A DNA stretch of 64,000 nucleotides from Lingula anatina (lineage: Eukaryota > Animalia > Brachiopoda): positions 18,188,534-18,252,533 of the forward strand of contig CM120644.1 of the NCBI GenBank assembly GCA_051362555.1, given 5' to 3'. Position 1 is the first letter of the stretch, and every line of letters begins with the position of its first letter. Positions 63,706-64,000 of the stretch are shown piece by piece. A model generated the notes under the pieces. The model did no database searches, had not been told where the DNA came from, and saw only the letters and a list, made by a program, of their open reading frames with translations. The translations under genes were made by a program, and so were the position numbers.

Positions 63706-64000
63706 GACGTTTACAGCACACAAACAGTATAATATCATAAGGTATGTATCATAAACGCTTCGGAGCTCATCAACCAACTAAAATTCCAATGTTCATGAAC
63801 ACTGAATCTTAAAGTTGTCAAAATGACTGAAGTTCTTGATACCTTCGATACAGCCTATATCCCCCAATGTGTAGTTCTAAACTTAACTTACCAGATGCCT
63901 GTTGCTTCTCTTATCGAGCCCAGTCTTATGTAATGTCTTGTTTAAGTGATCGTGATGTATTTAATTACGACCATTGCGCAGTATTGTCAGGATTAACATT

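Overview
AT-rich animal genomic DNA with GT-AG introns, microsatellites and animal retroelements; an invertebrate origin is my inference. 1-11.6 kb is a nested transposon stack: an intact BEL/Pao LTR retrotransposon (826-bp LTRs, CACAT target duplication) sits in the ORF1-ORF2 spacer of an L1/Tx1-type LINE, which abuts a Tc1-like element fragment. 19.8-64 kb is a minus-strand tandem array of EF-hand genes of the sarcoplasmic Ca-binding protein (SCP)/aequorin fold. There are 8 copies with the EF-hand exon (6 apparently intact, 2 damaged), one orphan leader exon and several promoter relics. Each copy has a 72-75-bp phase-0 exon, missed by the ORF track, that encodes a signal-peptide-like sequence, so this looks like an expanded family of secreted SCP/photoprotein-like proteins in two subfamilies. 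A plus-strand STELLO-like (DUF288) glycosyltransferase gene lies inside the array, and many non-autonomous DNA transposons are interspersed. All family calls come from motif recognition by eye; no database searches were run.
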